Origin: an uncultured Actinomyces sp.
GTDB lineage: Bacteria; Actinomycetota; Actinomycetes; Actinomycetales; Actinomycetaceae
Assembly (NCBI GenBank): GCA_938040725.1
Contig: CALHZX010000058.1
Coordinates: 4,254-68,253 of the forward strand
Reading direction: 5' to 3'
DNA length: 64,000 nt
The notes beneath the pieces are model-generated. The model was not told the origin of the DNA. It searched no databases and saw only the letters and a program-made list of their open reading frames with translations. Below are positions 49,989 to 63,200 of this stretch, one piece after another. The stretch's first letter is position 1; the number at the start of each line of letters is the position of its first letter. The translations under genes were made by a program, and so were the position numbers.

Positions 49989-50873
49989 TTGAATACGCCC
50001 GAACGCATCACCATCGACGGCACCAGTGCGCTGATCTATCACGTCCACTCCACCCCCTCGACAAACGATCTCGCTACCACCCTCCTAGCTGACACGGCGA
50101 CACCCACCCCGCACCTCACAACAATCATCGCCGATTGCCAAAGCGCCGGGCGCGGCCGCCTAGGACGGACCTGGATAGCCCCCGAAGGCCAAGCCCTCCT
50201 TGCCTCCACCATCGTCTCCCTGCCCGCCTCAGTTCCCACCAACCAACTCGGATGGCTCGTCTACGCCTGCGGCCTGTCTGTTCGCGACGCGCTCACGCGC
50301 CGCCTCGAACCTCTCGGCCACAACGTCCACCTGAAATGGCCCAACGACGTCCTCGTCGACGGAGAGCGCAAAATCTGTGGCATTCTCGCCCAGCTTGCCC
50401 CGGCCTCGTCCCCATTCACGACCGCAGTCATCCTCGGCTACGGCATCAACGTTGCCCAGCGCCCCGACAACCTTGCCACCGAGCAAGCCACCTCCCTGTA
50501 CGCCGAGGGCGACGACGAAGCAGCCCAGGCAACCACCGCCGTCATGCGGGCCATCCTCGCCGACGTGCTGTCCGGACTCGAGAAGCGAGTCCGCGCCCTT
50601 ATCGCCCACGGCAACGCCCACGACAGTGGCCTCGCCAACGAAGCTGCGAGCGCCCTTGCCCTCCTCGGCCAGCGCATTGCCCTCGCTGAGCCGACAGACC
50701 CCAACGGGCGTGTGGCGCTGGAGGGAGTGGCTGTCGCGCTCACGTCAAGTGGCTCACTGCTGGTGCGCACGGATGACGGTCGCACTCACGACATTAATGC
50801 CGGGGACGTCCTGGCTACTGGAATTCCTCTGACAACCGCTCACGACACCAAGGAGAAGCGTGCGAACAATTAA
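49989..50873 (+). CDS. birA: Biotin-protein ligase (no N-terminal HTH)
   Basis: STND, QSAGRGRLGRTW, LKWPNDVL, KICGIL, GYGINV. Confidence 0.93.
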   Translation: MNTPERITIDGTSALIYHVHSTPSTNDLATTLLADTATPTPHLTTIIADCQSAGRGRLGRTWIAPEGQALLASTIVSLPASVPTNQLGWLVYACGLSVRDALTRRLEPLGHNVHLKWPNDVLVDGERKICGILAQLAPASSPFTTAVILGYGINVAQRPDNLATEQATSLYAEGDDEAAQATTAVMRAILADVLSGLEKRVRALIAHGNAHDSGLANEAASALALLGQRIALAEPTDPNGRVALEGVAVALTSSGSLLVRTDDGRTHDINAGDVLATGIPLTTAHDTKEKRANN

Positions 50874-52653
50874 TCGAATCCTCGTCGCCAACCGTGGAGA
50901 AATCGCTTTGCGCGTGTGCCGCACGGCCACCGATATGGGTATCTCCACGATCGCCGTCTACGCCGATCAGGATATGGCTGCACCGCACACGCGCGAGGCC
51001 GACGAGGCGCTGTCCCTGGGCGGTGACGATGCTGCGTCGACGTACCTGAATGGTGAGAAGATCCTGGCGATTGCGCTGGAGACCGGCGTGGATGCAATTC
51101 ACCCGGGCTATGGATTCCTGTCGGAGAACTCCGATTTTGCGCGAGCCGTCGAGGACGCTGGTATCGCGTGGCTGGGTCCCGCCTCGGACGTGATCGATGC
51201 GCTGGGTGACAAGATCAAGGCTCGTCGCGTCGCCGAGGCCTGCAGTGTTTCGCCGGTTCCCGGAGTGTCTGAGCCCGTCACCTCGCGTGAGGAGGTCGAG
51301 GCGTTCATCGCCTCGGCCGGTTACCCGGTGGTCCTCAAGCGCGCCGACGGCGGCGGTGGCCGAGGCATCAGCATTATCCGCTCGCAGGCTGACTTGGACC
51401 TGTTCTTTGCTCGTCACACGGACGCGGCCGACCTGGGTGCTCACTTCGTCGAGCGCTTCGTGGAGATCGCCCGTCACGTGGAGACGCAGTCGGCGCGCGA
51501 CTCGCTGGGGAACTTCCACGTCATCTCCACACGTGACTGCTCCGTGCAGCGCCGCAACCAGAAGTTGGTCGAGGAAGCGCCCGCGCCGTTCCTGCCCGAG
51601 GGTGCGCACGAGACGCTTGTGAACGCATCGCGCGCCCTGTTCGAACATGTGAACTACGTTGGCGTGGGCACGGTCGAGTTCCTCCTAGAGCCCGATGGCA
51701 ACATTTGGTTCCTCGAGGTCAACCCGCGCCTGCAGGTCGAGCACCCCGTCTCCGAGGAAGTCACGGGCATCGACCTGGTGCGCGAGCAGATTCGTATCGC
51801 GCAGGGGCTGCCGCTCACCACACCCCCGGAGCCCCGCGGTCACTCCTTCGAGTTCCGGGTGACGTCGGAGGATCCCTCGAAGGACCTGACCCCCACCGCT
51901 GGCCGCCTCGACGAGGTGCACTGGCCCCTGGGACCGGGCATCCGCCTGGAGCTGGGTATCGATGAGGGCGATTCGGTCCAGACAGCCTTTGATTCAATGA
52001 TCGCCAAGATCATCGTCACGGGTGCCGACCGTGAGCAGGCTCTGGCTCGCTCACGCCGCGCGCTAGCCGAGTTCTCGGTGCAGGGTGTGGCCACGCCGGT
52101 GCCCGTCTACCAGGACATCATTAACGATCCTGACTTCTGCGGAGTGGGCGGATTCAACGTCTCGACGCGTTGGTTCGAGACGACGTTCATGCCCCAGCAC
52201 GACTACTCGGATCTGGCGGTGCCGGCCGAGGCCTCGTCGACTGCTGATCTGCCGCGCCAGACGTACATCATCGAGCTGGACGGACGCCGCGTGTCCCTGA
52301 CTCTGCCAACGGGCATGTTCAACGCGCCGGCGGCTCGTGCCCCGCGCCCACCTCAGCCGCTGCGCTCCGCCCCGCGCCGCGCAAGCGCATCCGCCGTGCA
52401 GGCTGGGCCCCACCAGGGCGCCCCCGGCGACATCGTCGCCCCCATGCAGGCCATCGTCGTTGCCCTGGCCGTCTCCGAGGGCGACCAGGTCGAGGAAGGC
52501 CAGCTCGTGGCCGTCCTCGAGGCCATGAAGATGGAAAAGCCTCTGCTGGCTCCCCGCGCTGGAACCGTCACCTCCCTGTCGATCAAGCAGGGCGACACCG
52601 TGACCGCGGGTACCCGCATCGCCCACATCGCTACCGAAGAGGAGGCACGATGA
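50860..52653 (+). CDS. Acyl-CoA carboxylase alpha subunit (biotin carboxylase + BCCP)
   Basis: ANRGEIA, HPGYGFLSEN, RDCSVQRRNQK, FLEVNPRLQVEH, EAMKM. Confidence 0.95.
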   Translation: MRTINRILVANRGEIALRVCRTATDMGISTIAVYADQDMAAPHTREADEALSLGGDDAASTYLNGEKILAIALETGVDAIHPGYGFLSENSDFARAVEDAGIAWLGPASDVIDALGDKIKARRVAEACSVSPVPGVSEPVTSREEVEAFIASAGYPVVLKRADGGGGRGISIIRSQADLDLFFARHTDAADLGAHFVERFVEIARHVETQSARDSLGNFHVISTRDCSVQRRNQKLVEEAPAPFLPEGAHETLVNASRALFEHVNYVGVGTVEFLLEPDGNIWFLEVNPRLQVEHPVSEEVTGIDLVREQIRIAQGLPLTTPPEPRGHSFEFRVTSEDPSKDLTPTAGRLDEVHWPLGPGIRLELGIDEGDSVQTAFDSMIAKIIVTGADREQALARSRRALAEFSVQGVATPVPVYQDIINDPDFCGVGGFNVSTRWFETTFMPQHDYSDLAVPAEASSTADLPRQTYIIELDGRRVSLTLPTGMFNAPAARAPRPPQPLRSAPRRASASAVQAGPHQGAPGDIVAPMQAIVVALAVSEGDQVEEGQLVAVLEAMKMEKPLLAPRAGTVTSLSIKQGDTVTAGTRIAHIATEEEAR

Positions 52654-54206
52654 GTACACCCAGTCCGCTCACGCGCGACGGCTTCATTCAGGCCCAGGAC
52701 GCAATCGCGCAGGCCGCCGAAGAGAAGGCCGCGCAGCGCCAGCACGCTAAGAAAAAGCTGACGGCCCGCGAGCGCCTGTCCCTGTTCTTTGACGATGGCG
52801 TGTGGCACGAGGTCGGCCAGTTCATCGGCGGTTCGGTGCGCGCCGGGCGTATCGGTTCTGCGGTCGCGGCTGGTTACGGTCGCGTGCAGGGGCGCATGGT
52901 CGCTGCCTACGCTCAGGATTTCTCGGTTCTCGGCGGCACGCTGGGCAAGGTTGAGGGCGACAAGATCGTCGATCTGATTGACCGTGGTATTCGGATGCGT
53001 ATTCCGATCGTCGGCATTCAGGATTCGGGCGGTGCCCGCATCCAGGAGGGCGTCATCGCCCTGGCCCAGTACGGCCGTATCTTTAAGAAGACGTGCGAGG
53101 CCTCGGGTCTGGTTCCCCAGATTTCGATCATCCTGGGGCCTTGCGCCGGTGGCGCCGTCTATCAGCCGGCTCTCACCGACTTCATCGTGATGACGCGCGA
53201 GAACTCGCACATGTTCGTCACGGGCCCGGATGTCGTCGCGGCGACGACCGGCGAAAAGGTGACGCTTGATGAGCTGGGTGGCGCGGCGATTCACAACTTC
53301 CAGTCGGGTGTTGCCCACCACATGGCGGACACGGAGGAAGAGGCGATCGACTACGTGCGGTCTCTCCTCGACTACCTGCCGTCCTCGTGCGAGGTGGCAC
53401 CCCCTAAGTACGAGTACATTCCCAACCCCGAGGACGAGGCGGCGGCCCGCGCGGTTGCTGATCTGGTTCCTACGTCGGCGCGTCAGCCCTACGACGTGCG
53501 TGACGTGGTGCGTTCCCTCGTGGATCACGGCGAGTACGTGGAGATTCAGGACCTGTTCGCTCCCAACGTGACGATCGGTTTCGCGTGCGTCGATGGCCAG
53601 TCGGTGGGCATCGTCGCGAACCAGCCGATCAGCGATGCGGGCACGCTTGACGTGGACGCCTCGGAGAAGGCCGCTCGTTTTGTTCGCTTCTGTGACGCCT
53701 TCGGTCTGCCGATCGTGACCTTCGTGGATGTTCCCGGCTACCGCCCGGGCACCGAGCAGGAGCAGGCAGGCATCATTCGCCGCGGTGCGAAGGTGATTGT
53801 CGCCTACGCGAACGCGACCGTCCCCATGGTCACCGTCATCCTGCGTAAGGCCTACGGCGGCGCCTACATCGTCATGGGTTCGAAGTCGATCGGCGCAGAC
53901 CTGGCGTACGCATGGCCCGACGCACAGATCGCGGTCATGGGTGCCGAGGGCGCGGCGTCGATCATGTACCGCCGCGAACTTGCTGCCGCCCGCGAGAACG
54001 GGACCTTCGAAGAGACGAAGGCCGAGCTCGTTGCCCGCTACGAGGAGGAAACCGTCAACCCCGAGGTCTCCGTCTCCTCCGGTCAGCTCGACGGCATCAT
54101 CGCCCCCGCCGATACCCGACAGACCATCATCGATTCCCTGCACCTGCTGGTCTCTAAGGACCAGCGTGCGCCCCACGTCAAGCGTCACGACAACGGTCCC
54201 CTGTGA
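52650..54206 (+). CDS. Acyl-CoA carboxylase beta (carboxyltransferase) subunit
   Basis: TARERL, DSGGARIQEG, GPCAGGAVY, DVPGY, RKAYGGAY, HDNGPL. Confidence 0.95.
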   Translation: MSTPSPLTRDGFIQAQDAIAQAAEEKAAQRQHAKKKLTARERLSLFFDDGVWHEVGQFIGGSVRAGRIGSAVAAGYGRVQGRMVAAYAQDFSVLGGTLGKVEGDKIVDLIDRGIRMRIPIVGIQDSGGARIQEGVIALAQYGRIFKKTCEASGLVPQISIILGPCAGGAVYQPALTDFIVMTRENSHMFVTGPDVVAATTGEKVTLDELGGAAIHNFQSGVAHHMADTEEEAIDYVRSLLDYLPSSCEVAPPKYEYIPNPEDEAAARAVADLVPTSARQPYDVRDVVRSLVDHGEYVEIQDLFAPNVTIGFACVDGQSVGIVANQPISDAGTLDVDASEKAARFVRFCDAFGLPIVTFVDVPGYRPGTEQEQAGIIRRGAKVIVAYANATVPMVTVILRKAYGGAYIVMGSKSIGADLAYAWPDAQIAVMGAEGAASIMYRRELAAARENGTFEETKAELVARYEEETVNPEVSVSSGQLDGIIAPADTRQTIIDSLHLLVSKDQRAPHVKRHDNGPL

Positions 54207-54250
54207 CCGGCGCCGTTTGAGAAGAATTGTCCCCGAAGGAAAGTAAGAAC

Positions 54251-57200
54251 ATGTCGTTTGTGACCTCCCTGAATGAGACCCCCTACGCGCTGACCTTTGC
54301 CGGTCAGGCTACCCCGTGGCGATCCGCGCTCGACGAGATCGCCCATGATCCCGAGATCGCTGTGATCGTTGACGGAGTCATCAAGGCCTCGGACCAGGTC
54401 CTCTCCCCGGTGCGCCGTTCGCTGGCCACCCAGTCGGTTGCGTCCCTGCCCTTCGCCATCCCGGCCGAGGCCGGCGACGCGGCTGTGAACCGCGACGTTG
54501 CTGGCCCGGACGAGGCCGCCCTGTCGGTTCCGGGTATCGTTGCCGCCCAGCTGGGTGCACTCATCGACCTGACGCGCGCGGGCCTGAACATCGTGTCCAA
54601 TCAGCCCACCGCGTTTGAGGGACACTCGCAGGGCGTGCTCGGCGTGGAGATTGCTCGCGCGTGGATCGCCGGGGACGAAGCCCGCGCCGCTTCCGTGTTC
54701 GCGCTCGCTCGTCTGATCGGTGCGGCCGCTGCCCGCATCACGCGTCGCGCCCGCGCCCCGCACGCCGGCGAGGCGACCTACATGGTGTCCGTGCGAGGCG
54801 TGTCCGACTCGCTCCTTGAGCGCATCATCTCCTCCCTGCCCTCGACCTCGCACCCGCTGTCGATCGCACTGCGTAACGACACCGACACCCACGTCGTCTC
54901 TGGTGCGCCCAACGACCTGGCGTCGCTGGTCGCCGCCATCGAGCGCGCCGCTACCAAGGACAAGGCAGCGCACGACGCGCACGAGCGCGGTGGTCGCCCG
55001 TTGACCCCCGTCTGCGAATACCTGCCGGTCTACGTGCCCTTCCACTCCCCCATGCTCGCCGACGCCCTTGCCCTCGTGGACGAGTGGGCCGCCCAGTGCG
55101 GGATCGAGGCCGAGCTCGCCCACAGCCTGGCTGCCGCCGTTCTCACGACCCCCGTGGACTGGCCGGCTCAGATCCGTGCTGCCGCAGAATCCGGTGCCAC
55201 GTGGATCGTTGACGTGGGCCCCGGTGCCACGACTGTGCGCATGACCCGCGCGCTGGTCGAAGGCACCGGCGTCGGCGTCGTCGCCGCCGGAACCGCCTCC
55301 GACCGCGACAAGGCCGCGACCCCCGGCTGGGCCCCCGAGCCCGGAACCGACTGGTCGCACCTGCGCCCCGGCCTTGTGACCCTGCCCGACGGCAAGACTG
55401 TCGTCGACACTGCCTTCTCGCGCCTCACCGGCCGCTCCCCCGTCCTCCTGGCGGGCATGACCCCCACGACCGTCGACCCCGAGATTGTCGCCGCTGCCGC
55501 GAACGCCGGTTTCTGGGCCGAAATGGCCGGCGGCGGCCAGGTCACCGAAGAGGTCTACAACGAGAACCTGGCGGGCCTGCGCGCCCAGCTGCGCCCCGGT
55601 CACACCGCCGAGTTCAACTCCATGTTCCTGGACCGCTACCTGTGGAATCTCCAGTTCGGCCAGGCCCGCATCGTGTCGCGTTCGCGCGCGTCCGGTGCCC
55701 CCATCGACGGCGTCGTTGTCTCCGCGGGTATCCCCGAACAGGACGAGGCCCTCGCCCTCATCGAGCAGCTGCGCGCCGACGGCTTCCCCTACGTGGCCTT
55801 CAAGCCCGGCACGGTCGACCAGATCCGCAAGGTCATCGCGATCGCCCGCGAGGCCGACCCGATCAAGGTCATCGTCCAGGTCGAGGACGGCCATTCCGGC
55901 GGCCACCACTCTTGGGAGGACCTGTCCGACCTGCTGCTGGCCACCTACGCTCAGCTGCGCGCCCAGTCCAACATCGTCCTGACCGTGGGCGGCGGCATCG
56001 GTACGCCCGAGCGCGCCGCTGACTTCCTGACCGGCGAATGGTCGGCCCGCTATGGCCGCCCGCCAATGCCCGTCGACGGCGTCCTCGTGGGTACCGCCGC
56101 GATGACCACGAAGGAAGCACACACCACGAAGGCCGTGAAGGACCTCCTCGTGGCCACCCCCGGCGTGCCCGACAACGACGAGCTGCGCGGTTGGGTCGGC
56201 GAGGGCATGACCCGCGGCGGCATGACCTCGGGCCTGTCCCACCTGCGCGCCGACATGCACGAGGTCTCCAACGCTGCGGCCGCTGCCGCGCGCATCATCG
56301 CCGAAATCGGCTCCGACGGTGCCCAGGTGCGCGCCCGCAAGGACGAGATCGTCGAGATCCTCTCCCACACGGCCAAACCCTACTTCGGTGACCTCGAAGA
56401 GATGACCTACGAGGCCTGGGTGCGCCGCTTCGCCGACCTGTCCTACCCGTGGGTCGATCCCACGTGGCAGATCCGCTACCACGACCTCCTCCAGCGCGTT
56501 GAGGCTCGTCTGGCCCCCGTGGATCACGGCGAGGTCGAAACCCTGTTCCCGACCGTCGAGGACGTCGCCGACGCACACGCCGCCGCCGACCGCCTGATGG
56601 CCGCCTATCCGAACGCCGCGACCACGCACGTCACCCCCATTGACGCCGCCTGGTTCCCGGCTCTGTGCCGCTCCTACCCCAAGCCGATGCCCTTCGTCCC
56701 GATCCTGGACGACGACCTCATCCGCTGGTGGGGCCAGGACTGCCTATGGCAGGCGCAGGACGAGCGCTACAGCGCCGACCAGGTCCGCATCATCCCCGGT
56801 CCCGTGTCCGTGGCCGGCATCGACCGCGTCGACGAGCCCGTCGCTTCCCTGCTGGGCCGCTTCGAGGCCGCTGCCGCCGAGCGTCTGGCCGACTCCGGCG
56901 TCGTCGCGACCCCCGTCGCCTCTCGTCTGGGTAACGGCAAGCCTGCTGCCACCCGCGAGGAATGGCTGCGCAAGGTCCCGTTCATCTCGTGGACCGGCCA
57001 CCTCATGACGAACCCCGCCGCCATCCTCGACGAGGAGCGCGTCTCCCTGAAGGAGACCGACACCGGCGTGGACATGGTCATCCACCTGGACACCGCCTGG
57101 GATAACGACCCGCGCGGCTCCGAGAAGCACGCCGTGCGCGAGCTGGTCTTCCCGCTGGTCATCTCCGGTGAAGACGGCGCTGTCCCCGTCATCGACGAGG

Positions 57201-60200
57201 CCAAGCTGCCCCAGCACATGTACGCGATGCTCGCGGCCACCGCCGGCGTGACCTCCGTGTCCGTCGCGGGTGACACCGTGGACGCGCTGCCCGTCATGGT
57301 TCCCTCCGCCAAGTCCGTCTTCGGCGAGGCCCACTACTCCTTCACGCTGGCCCCCACCCTGGGCTTCGACCACGCCGAGGCCACGGGTGCTGCTCTGTCT
57401 GCCACCTACGAGCTGGCGGCTTGGGCGCCCGACGCTCTGCTCGGCCCCGCTTGGCCTGCGATCTACGCAGCCCTGGGTTCTGCCATCCACAACGATTATC
57501 CGGTCATTGAGGGCCTGCTCAACGCCGTCCACCTCGATCACTCGATCACGCTGGAATACACGCCCGAGCAGATGCTCGAACGTGGCATCACCACGATCGA
57601 TGTGACCAGCCACGTGGCCGCCGTCGACGAGTCCTCCTCCGGCCGTATCGTCACGGTCGCCCTTGAGCTGACCTCCAACGGTGAGCACGTTGGCTCCACG
57701 CAGGAGCGCTTCGCGATCCGCGGTCGCGCCACCGGCAACCGTGCCCCCTCCGAGGCCGCGCCCTTCGGGGGCGCGACCGTCGAGGTCGTGGACACGCCCC
57801 GCTCGGTCCTGCGTCGCGTGAGCGTCAAAGCCCCCGACGACATGACGCCGTTTGCGATTGTGTCGGGTGACTACAACCCGATCCACACCTCCTACGCGGC
57901 CGCCAAGGTCGCCGGCATGGACGCGCCCCTCGTGCACGGCATGTGGCTGTCGGCCACCGCTCAGCACGCTGCCGAGGCCGTCGTCGCCGGTCAGGGCGGC
58001 GCTCAGATCGCGGGCTGGACGTACTACATGTACGGCACCGTCGACCTGAACGACGAGGTCGAGATCACCGTCGAGCGCGTGGGCCGCGTCGTCGGCGGCG
58101 GCCTGTCCCTCGAGGTCACCTGCCGCATCGACAAGCAGGTCGTCTCGCGTGCGTCGGCCTACACCTTCGCCCCGAAGGTCGCCTACGTCTACCCCGGCCA
58201 GGGCATCCAAAGTGCTGGCATGGGCCTCGACGAGCGCACCAAGTCCAAGGCTGTCGACGAGGTCTGGCGCCGCGCGGATGCACACACCCGCTCGGCGATG
58301 GGCTTCTCCATCCTGGCGATCGTGCGCGACAACCCGACCGAGATCGTGGCGCGCGGCATCACCTACCGTCACCCCGAGGGCGTCCTGAACCTCACCCAGT
58401 TCACGCAGGTTGCGCTCGCGACCCTGGCGATTGGCCAGACGGCCCGCATGCGCGAAGAGGGCGTGTTGGTTCCGGGTGCTGCCTTCGCCGGTCACTCGTT
58501 GGGCGAGTACGACGCTCTGGCCGCATACGCCGAGGTCTTCCCGCTCGAAATCGTCCTCGACCTGGTCTTCCAGCGCGGTTCCACGATGCACTCGCTCGTG
58601 CCCCGCGATGAGAAGGGCCGTTCAAACTACCGCATGGGCGCCTTGCGTCCGAACCAGTTCGGCGTCGACGATGCCCACGTCGTGGAGTACGTCGCCTCGA
58701 TCGCTCAGGCCTCGGGTGAGTTCCTCCAGATCGTGAACTTCAACCTGGCGGGCCAGCAGTACGCGGTCGCCGGCACGGTCGCGGGCCTGAAGGCCCTCGA
58801 GGAGGACGCCAGCAAGCGCGCTGCCGAGCGCGGCGGCAAGCGTCCCTTCATGTACGTTCCCGGCATCGACGTGCCCTTCCACTCCACTGTCCTGCGCAGC
58901 GGCGTGGCGGACTTCCGTACGAAGCTCGACGAACGTATTCCCGCCGAGATTGATCCCGCGAAGCTCGTGGGCCGCTACATCCCCAACCTGGTGGCGCGTC
59001 CCTTCGAGCTGACCCGCGAGTTCGCCCAGTCCATCCTCGACGTGGTTCCCTCGGAGACGGTGCGTAACCTGCTCGGGACGGAAGGCGCATGGGACGCGGC
59101 CCTGGCCAACCCGGGTGTCCTGACCCGCACGCTGCTCATCGAGCTCCTGTGCTGGCAGTTCGCCTCCCCGGTGCGCTGGATCGAGACGCAGCGCGTGCTG
59201 CTTTCGACTGAAGAAGCAGCCCCCGGTGTTGCCGGCCTGGGCGTCGATCAGGTCATCGAGGTGGGCCTGGGTGCCGCCCCGACACTGGCCAACCTGGCCT
59301 CCCGCACCCTGCTCGCCCCCGAGTTCGCTCTCTCCCGCGTCGACGTGTTCAACGTCCAGCGCGACGAGCCTCGCGTCTACGCGACCGACGTCGCCGTGAT
59401 CGAGGACGATGAGGACGAGGAGATCACCCCGGAGGCTCCCGCCGCCGAGGCAGCTCCCACGCCTGCACCGGCCGCCCCCGCGGTCGAGGCTACTCCGGCT
59501 GCTGCCCCTGCGGCGCCGACCGGCGGCCCCTCGGGTGCCGACGTCGCGGACCTGCCCTTCACCGCGTCCTCCGCGATTCACGCCCTGCTGGCGCTGTCCG
59601 CGAAGATCCGCATCGACGAGGTCGGCGCCACTGACACGACCGAATCGCTCACCAACGGCGTCTCCTCGCGCCGCAACCAGCTGCTCATGGACATGTCCTC
59701 CGAGCTGGGCCTGAACTCGATCGACGGCGCCGGCGAGGCAGATGTTGCGACGCTGTCCGCGACGGTCGACAAGGCTGCCAAGGGTTACAAGCCCTTCGGC
59801 CCGGTTCTGGCCGAGGCCGTCAAGGAGCGCACGCGCAAGCTGTTCGGTGCCGCTGGCGTCAAGGCCGGCCGTATCACGGAGCGTGTCACCGGAACGTGGC
59901 AGCTGGGCACCGGTTGGGCCCAGCATGTCACCGCTGAGATCGTCCTGGGTACCCGTGAGGGCGCCTCGACCCGCGACGGGGACCTGGCGACCCTGCCCCT
60001 GGATGCTCCGACGAACGCCGCGGGCGTCGATGCCCTCATCGATGCGGCAGTGGCTGCCGTCGCGGCCCGCGAAGGCATTGCCGTGTCGCTGCCCAGCGCA
60101 GGCGGTTCCGCCGGTGGCGGTGTCGTCGATTCCGCCGCTCTCGACGCCTACGCCGCGTCCGTGACCGGTGAGGACGGCGTCCTGGCCAAGACCGCTCGCA

Positions 60201-63200
60201 CGATCCTGTCCGAGCTGGGTCTGAACGCCCCCGCCCCCACCGGGGAGGATTCCTCCGATGACGCGCGCGTCATCGACGCGGTCGCGGCCGAGCTCGGTTC
60301 AGGCTGGGTCGACCTCGTTGAGCCTCGCTTCGATGCCGCGCGCGCCGTCCTGCTGGACGACCGCTGGGCATCCGCTCGTGAGGACGTCGCCCGCTACGTC
60401 GCCGAAGGCACCCTCACCGAGGGCGCGTCCTTCGTGGGCACCGGCCGCGCAGTGGCCGAGCAGGCCTCGTACTGGGCGAACCGCCTGCACGCCGAGGGTG
60501 ATCACGAGCGTGCGGCTCGCCTGGAGCAGATCGCGGCCGACGCGCTCTCCTCCGCCGCGGAGCTGCCCTACGCGAATGACGTCGCAGTGGTCACCGGTAT
60601 GACCCCCGCCTCCATCGGTGGCGCGGTCGTGGGTGGCCTGCTTGCCGGCGGCGCAACCGTCATCGCGACCTCCTCGTCGATCTCCGCTGCGCGCCTGGCC
60701 TTCGCTAAGGATCTCTACCGGACGAATGCCGCAGGCTGTGCCAAGCTGTGGCTGGTTCCCGCGAACCTGGCCTCCTACCGCGACGTGGATGCGCTCGTGG
60801 AGTGGATCGGCACCGAGCAGACCAAGTCCGTGGGCGCCGACATCAAGGTGACCAAGGAAGCCCTGGTCCCGACGCTGTTCTACCCCTTCGCTGCTCCTCG
60901 CGTCTCCGGCACGCTGGCCGACGCGGGCGCTGCCTCCGAGAACCAGATGCGCCTGCTGCTGTGGAGCGTCGAACGCTCCATCGCCGGCCTGTGCGTGATC
61001 GGCTCCGACACGCACGCTGACCACCGCCTGCACGTCGTGCTGCCCGGTTCTCCGAACCGCGGCATCTTCGGCGGCGACGGCGCGTACGCCGAGGCAAAGG
61101 CATCCTTCGACGCGATCGCGACACGCTGGGCGGCCGAGCCGATCTGGGGTTCGCGCGTGTCGATCGCTCACCCGCGTATCGGTTGGGTGCGTGGCACCGG
61201 CCTCATGGGCGGCAACGACCCAATGGTCGCCGCCGTCGAGGCTGCTGGCGTACGTACCTGGTCGACCGAGGAAATGGCTGAGCAGCTGCTTACCCTCTCG
61301 AGCGCCGAGGTTCGCGCCCAGGCTGCCAACGCCCCGGTAGACGCCGACCTGACCGGCGGCCTGGACTCCTCCATCGACCTGCGCGCCCTACGCGCACAGG
61401 CCGAGGCCGCCGCTCCCGAGACACCCGCATCTGAGCCGGTTGCGACCGTGTCCGCGCTGCCTTCGCCCACGCAGGTCACCGTGCCGCACGTCGAGCCGTC
61501 GCAGTGGGGCCACACCACGGCGTCGTTGGCCAACACGGTCGTCATCGTCGGTCACGGCGAGGTCGGCCCGTGGGGCAGCGCCCGTACCCGCGTGCAGGCC
61601 GAGCTCGGTATCCACACCGATGGCACCGTCGAGCTCACCCCTGCGGGCGTGCTTGAACTCGCCTGGATGACCGGCCTGCTGACCTGGTCGGACACCCCCG
61701 TGGGCGGCTGGTACGACAAGGACGACCAGCTGGTCCCCGAGTCGGAGATCTTCGATCGCTACCGCGACGAGGTCGTGGCCCGCTCCGGCGTGCGCTTCTT
61801 CCACGATGACGGCCCGCTGCACGACGGCTACACGCCCGAGTCGGCGATGGTCTTCCTGGACCGCGACATCACGTTCACGGTCGAGGACGAGACCGAGGCT
61901 CGCTCCTACGCCGAGGCTGACCCGCAGTTCACCGTGATCGAGCAGACCGCGTTCGGTGAGTGGCAGGTGACCCGCAAGTCCGGCGCCCAGGTGCGTGTAC
62001 CTCGTCGCGCGACCCTCAACCGCCGCATCGGTGGCCTGTTCCCCACCGACTTCGATCCGGCTCGCTGGGGTATCCCGGCCTCGATGCTGGACTCGATCGA
62101 CCCGATCGCCGTGTGGAACCTGGTCTCCGCCGTCGACGCGTTCGTGTCCGCTGGCTTCAGCCCCGCAGAGCTGCTGCGCGTCGTCCACCCGGCGACCGTT
62201 GCTTCCACGCAGGGCACCGGCTTCGGTGGCATGCGTTCGATGCACAAGCTGTTCGTCGACCGCTTCCTGGGCGAGGAATACCCGCAGGACATCCTGCAGG
62301 AGACCCTTCCCAACGTCGTGGCTGCACACACGATGCAGTCCTACGTGGGCGGCTACGGCTCGATGATCAACCCGGTCGGCGCCTGCGCGACCGCCGCGGT
62401 TTCCATCGAAGAGGGCGTCGACAAGATCAAGGCTGGCAAGGCTGACTTCGTCGTGGCCGGCGCGATTGACGACATCCAGGTGGAGTCGATCGTGGGCTTC
62501 GGCGCGATGAACGCGACGGCGAACTCTAACGAGCTGCTCGCTCGCGGCATTTCCTCGCGCTTCGTCTCGCGCGCTAACGACCGCCGCCGCGGCGGCTTCG
62601 TCGAGGCGCAGGGTGGCGGTACCGTGCTGCTGACCCGCGCGTCGGTGGCGCTCGACATGAACCTGCCGGTCCTGGCAGTCGTGGGACACGCGCAGACCTT
62701 CAGCGATGGTGCGCACACCTCGATTCCGGCGCCCGGCCTGGGTGCCCTCGCGGTGGCGCGCGGCGGACGCGACTCGGTCATCGCCCGCAACCTAGGCGAG
62801 CTCGGCGTGGGTATCGACGACGTGGCCTTCGTGTCCAAGCACGACACGTCCACGAACGCCAACGACCCCAACGAGTCGGATCTGCACACCCGCGTCGGCA
62901 TGGCGCTGGGCCGTACCCCCGGCAACCCACTGCTGGTCATCTCGCAGAAGACCCTCACGGGTCACGCGAAGGGCGGCGCGTGCGTGTTCCAGGTGGGCGG
63001 CATCATCGACGTGTTCCGCACGGGTCTGATCCCCGCGAACGTCGCGCTGGATTGCGTCGACGACGCGATGGAGCAGTACAGCCCGCTCGTGTGGCTGCGT
63101 TCCCCGCTGGACCTGTCCTCTCGCGGACCTGTGCGTGCGGCGTTCGCAACCTCGCTCGGCTTCGGTCACGTCTCCGGCTTCCTGGCGCTGGTTAACCCGG

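Noticed and set aside
59400..59540. Ala/Pro-rich repetitive stretch inside fas
   Set aside because: This is the normal flexible linker preceding the ACP domain.
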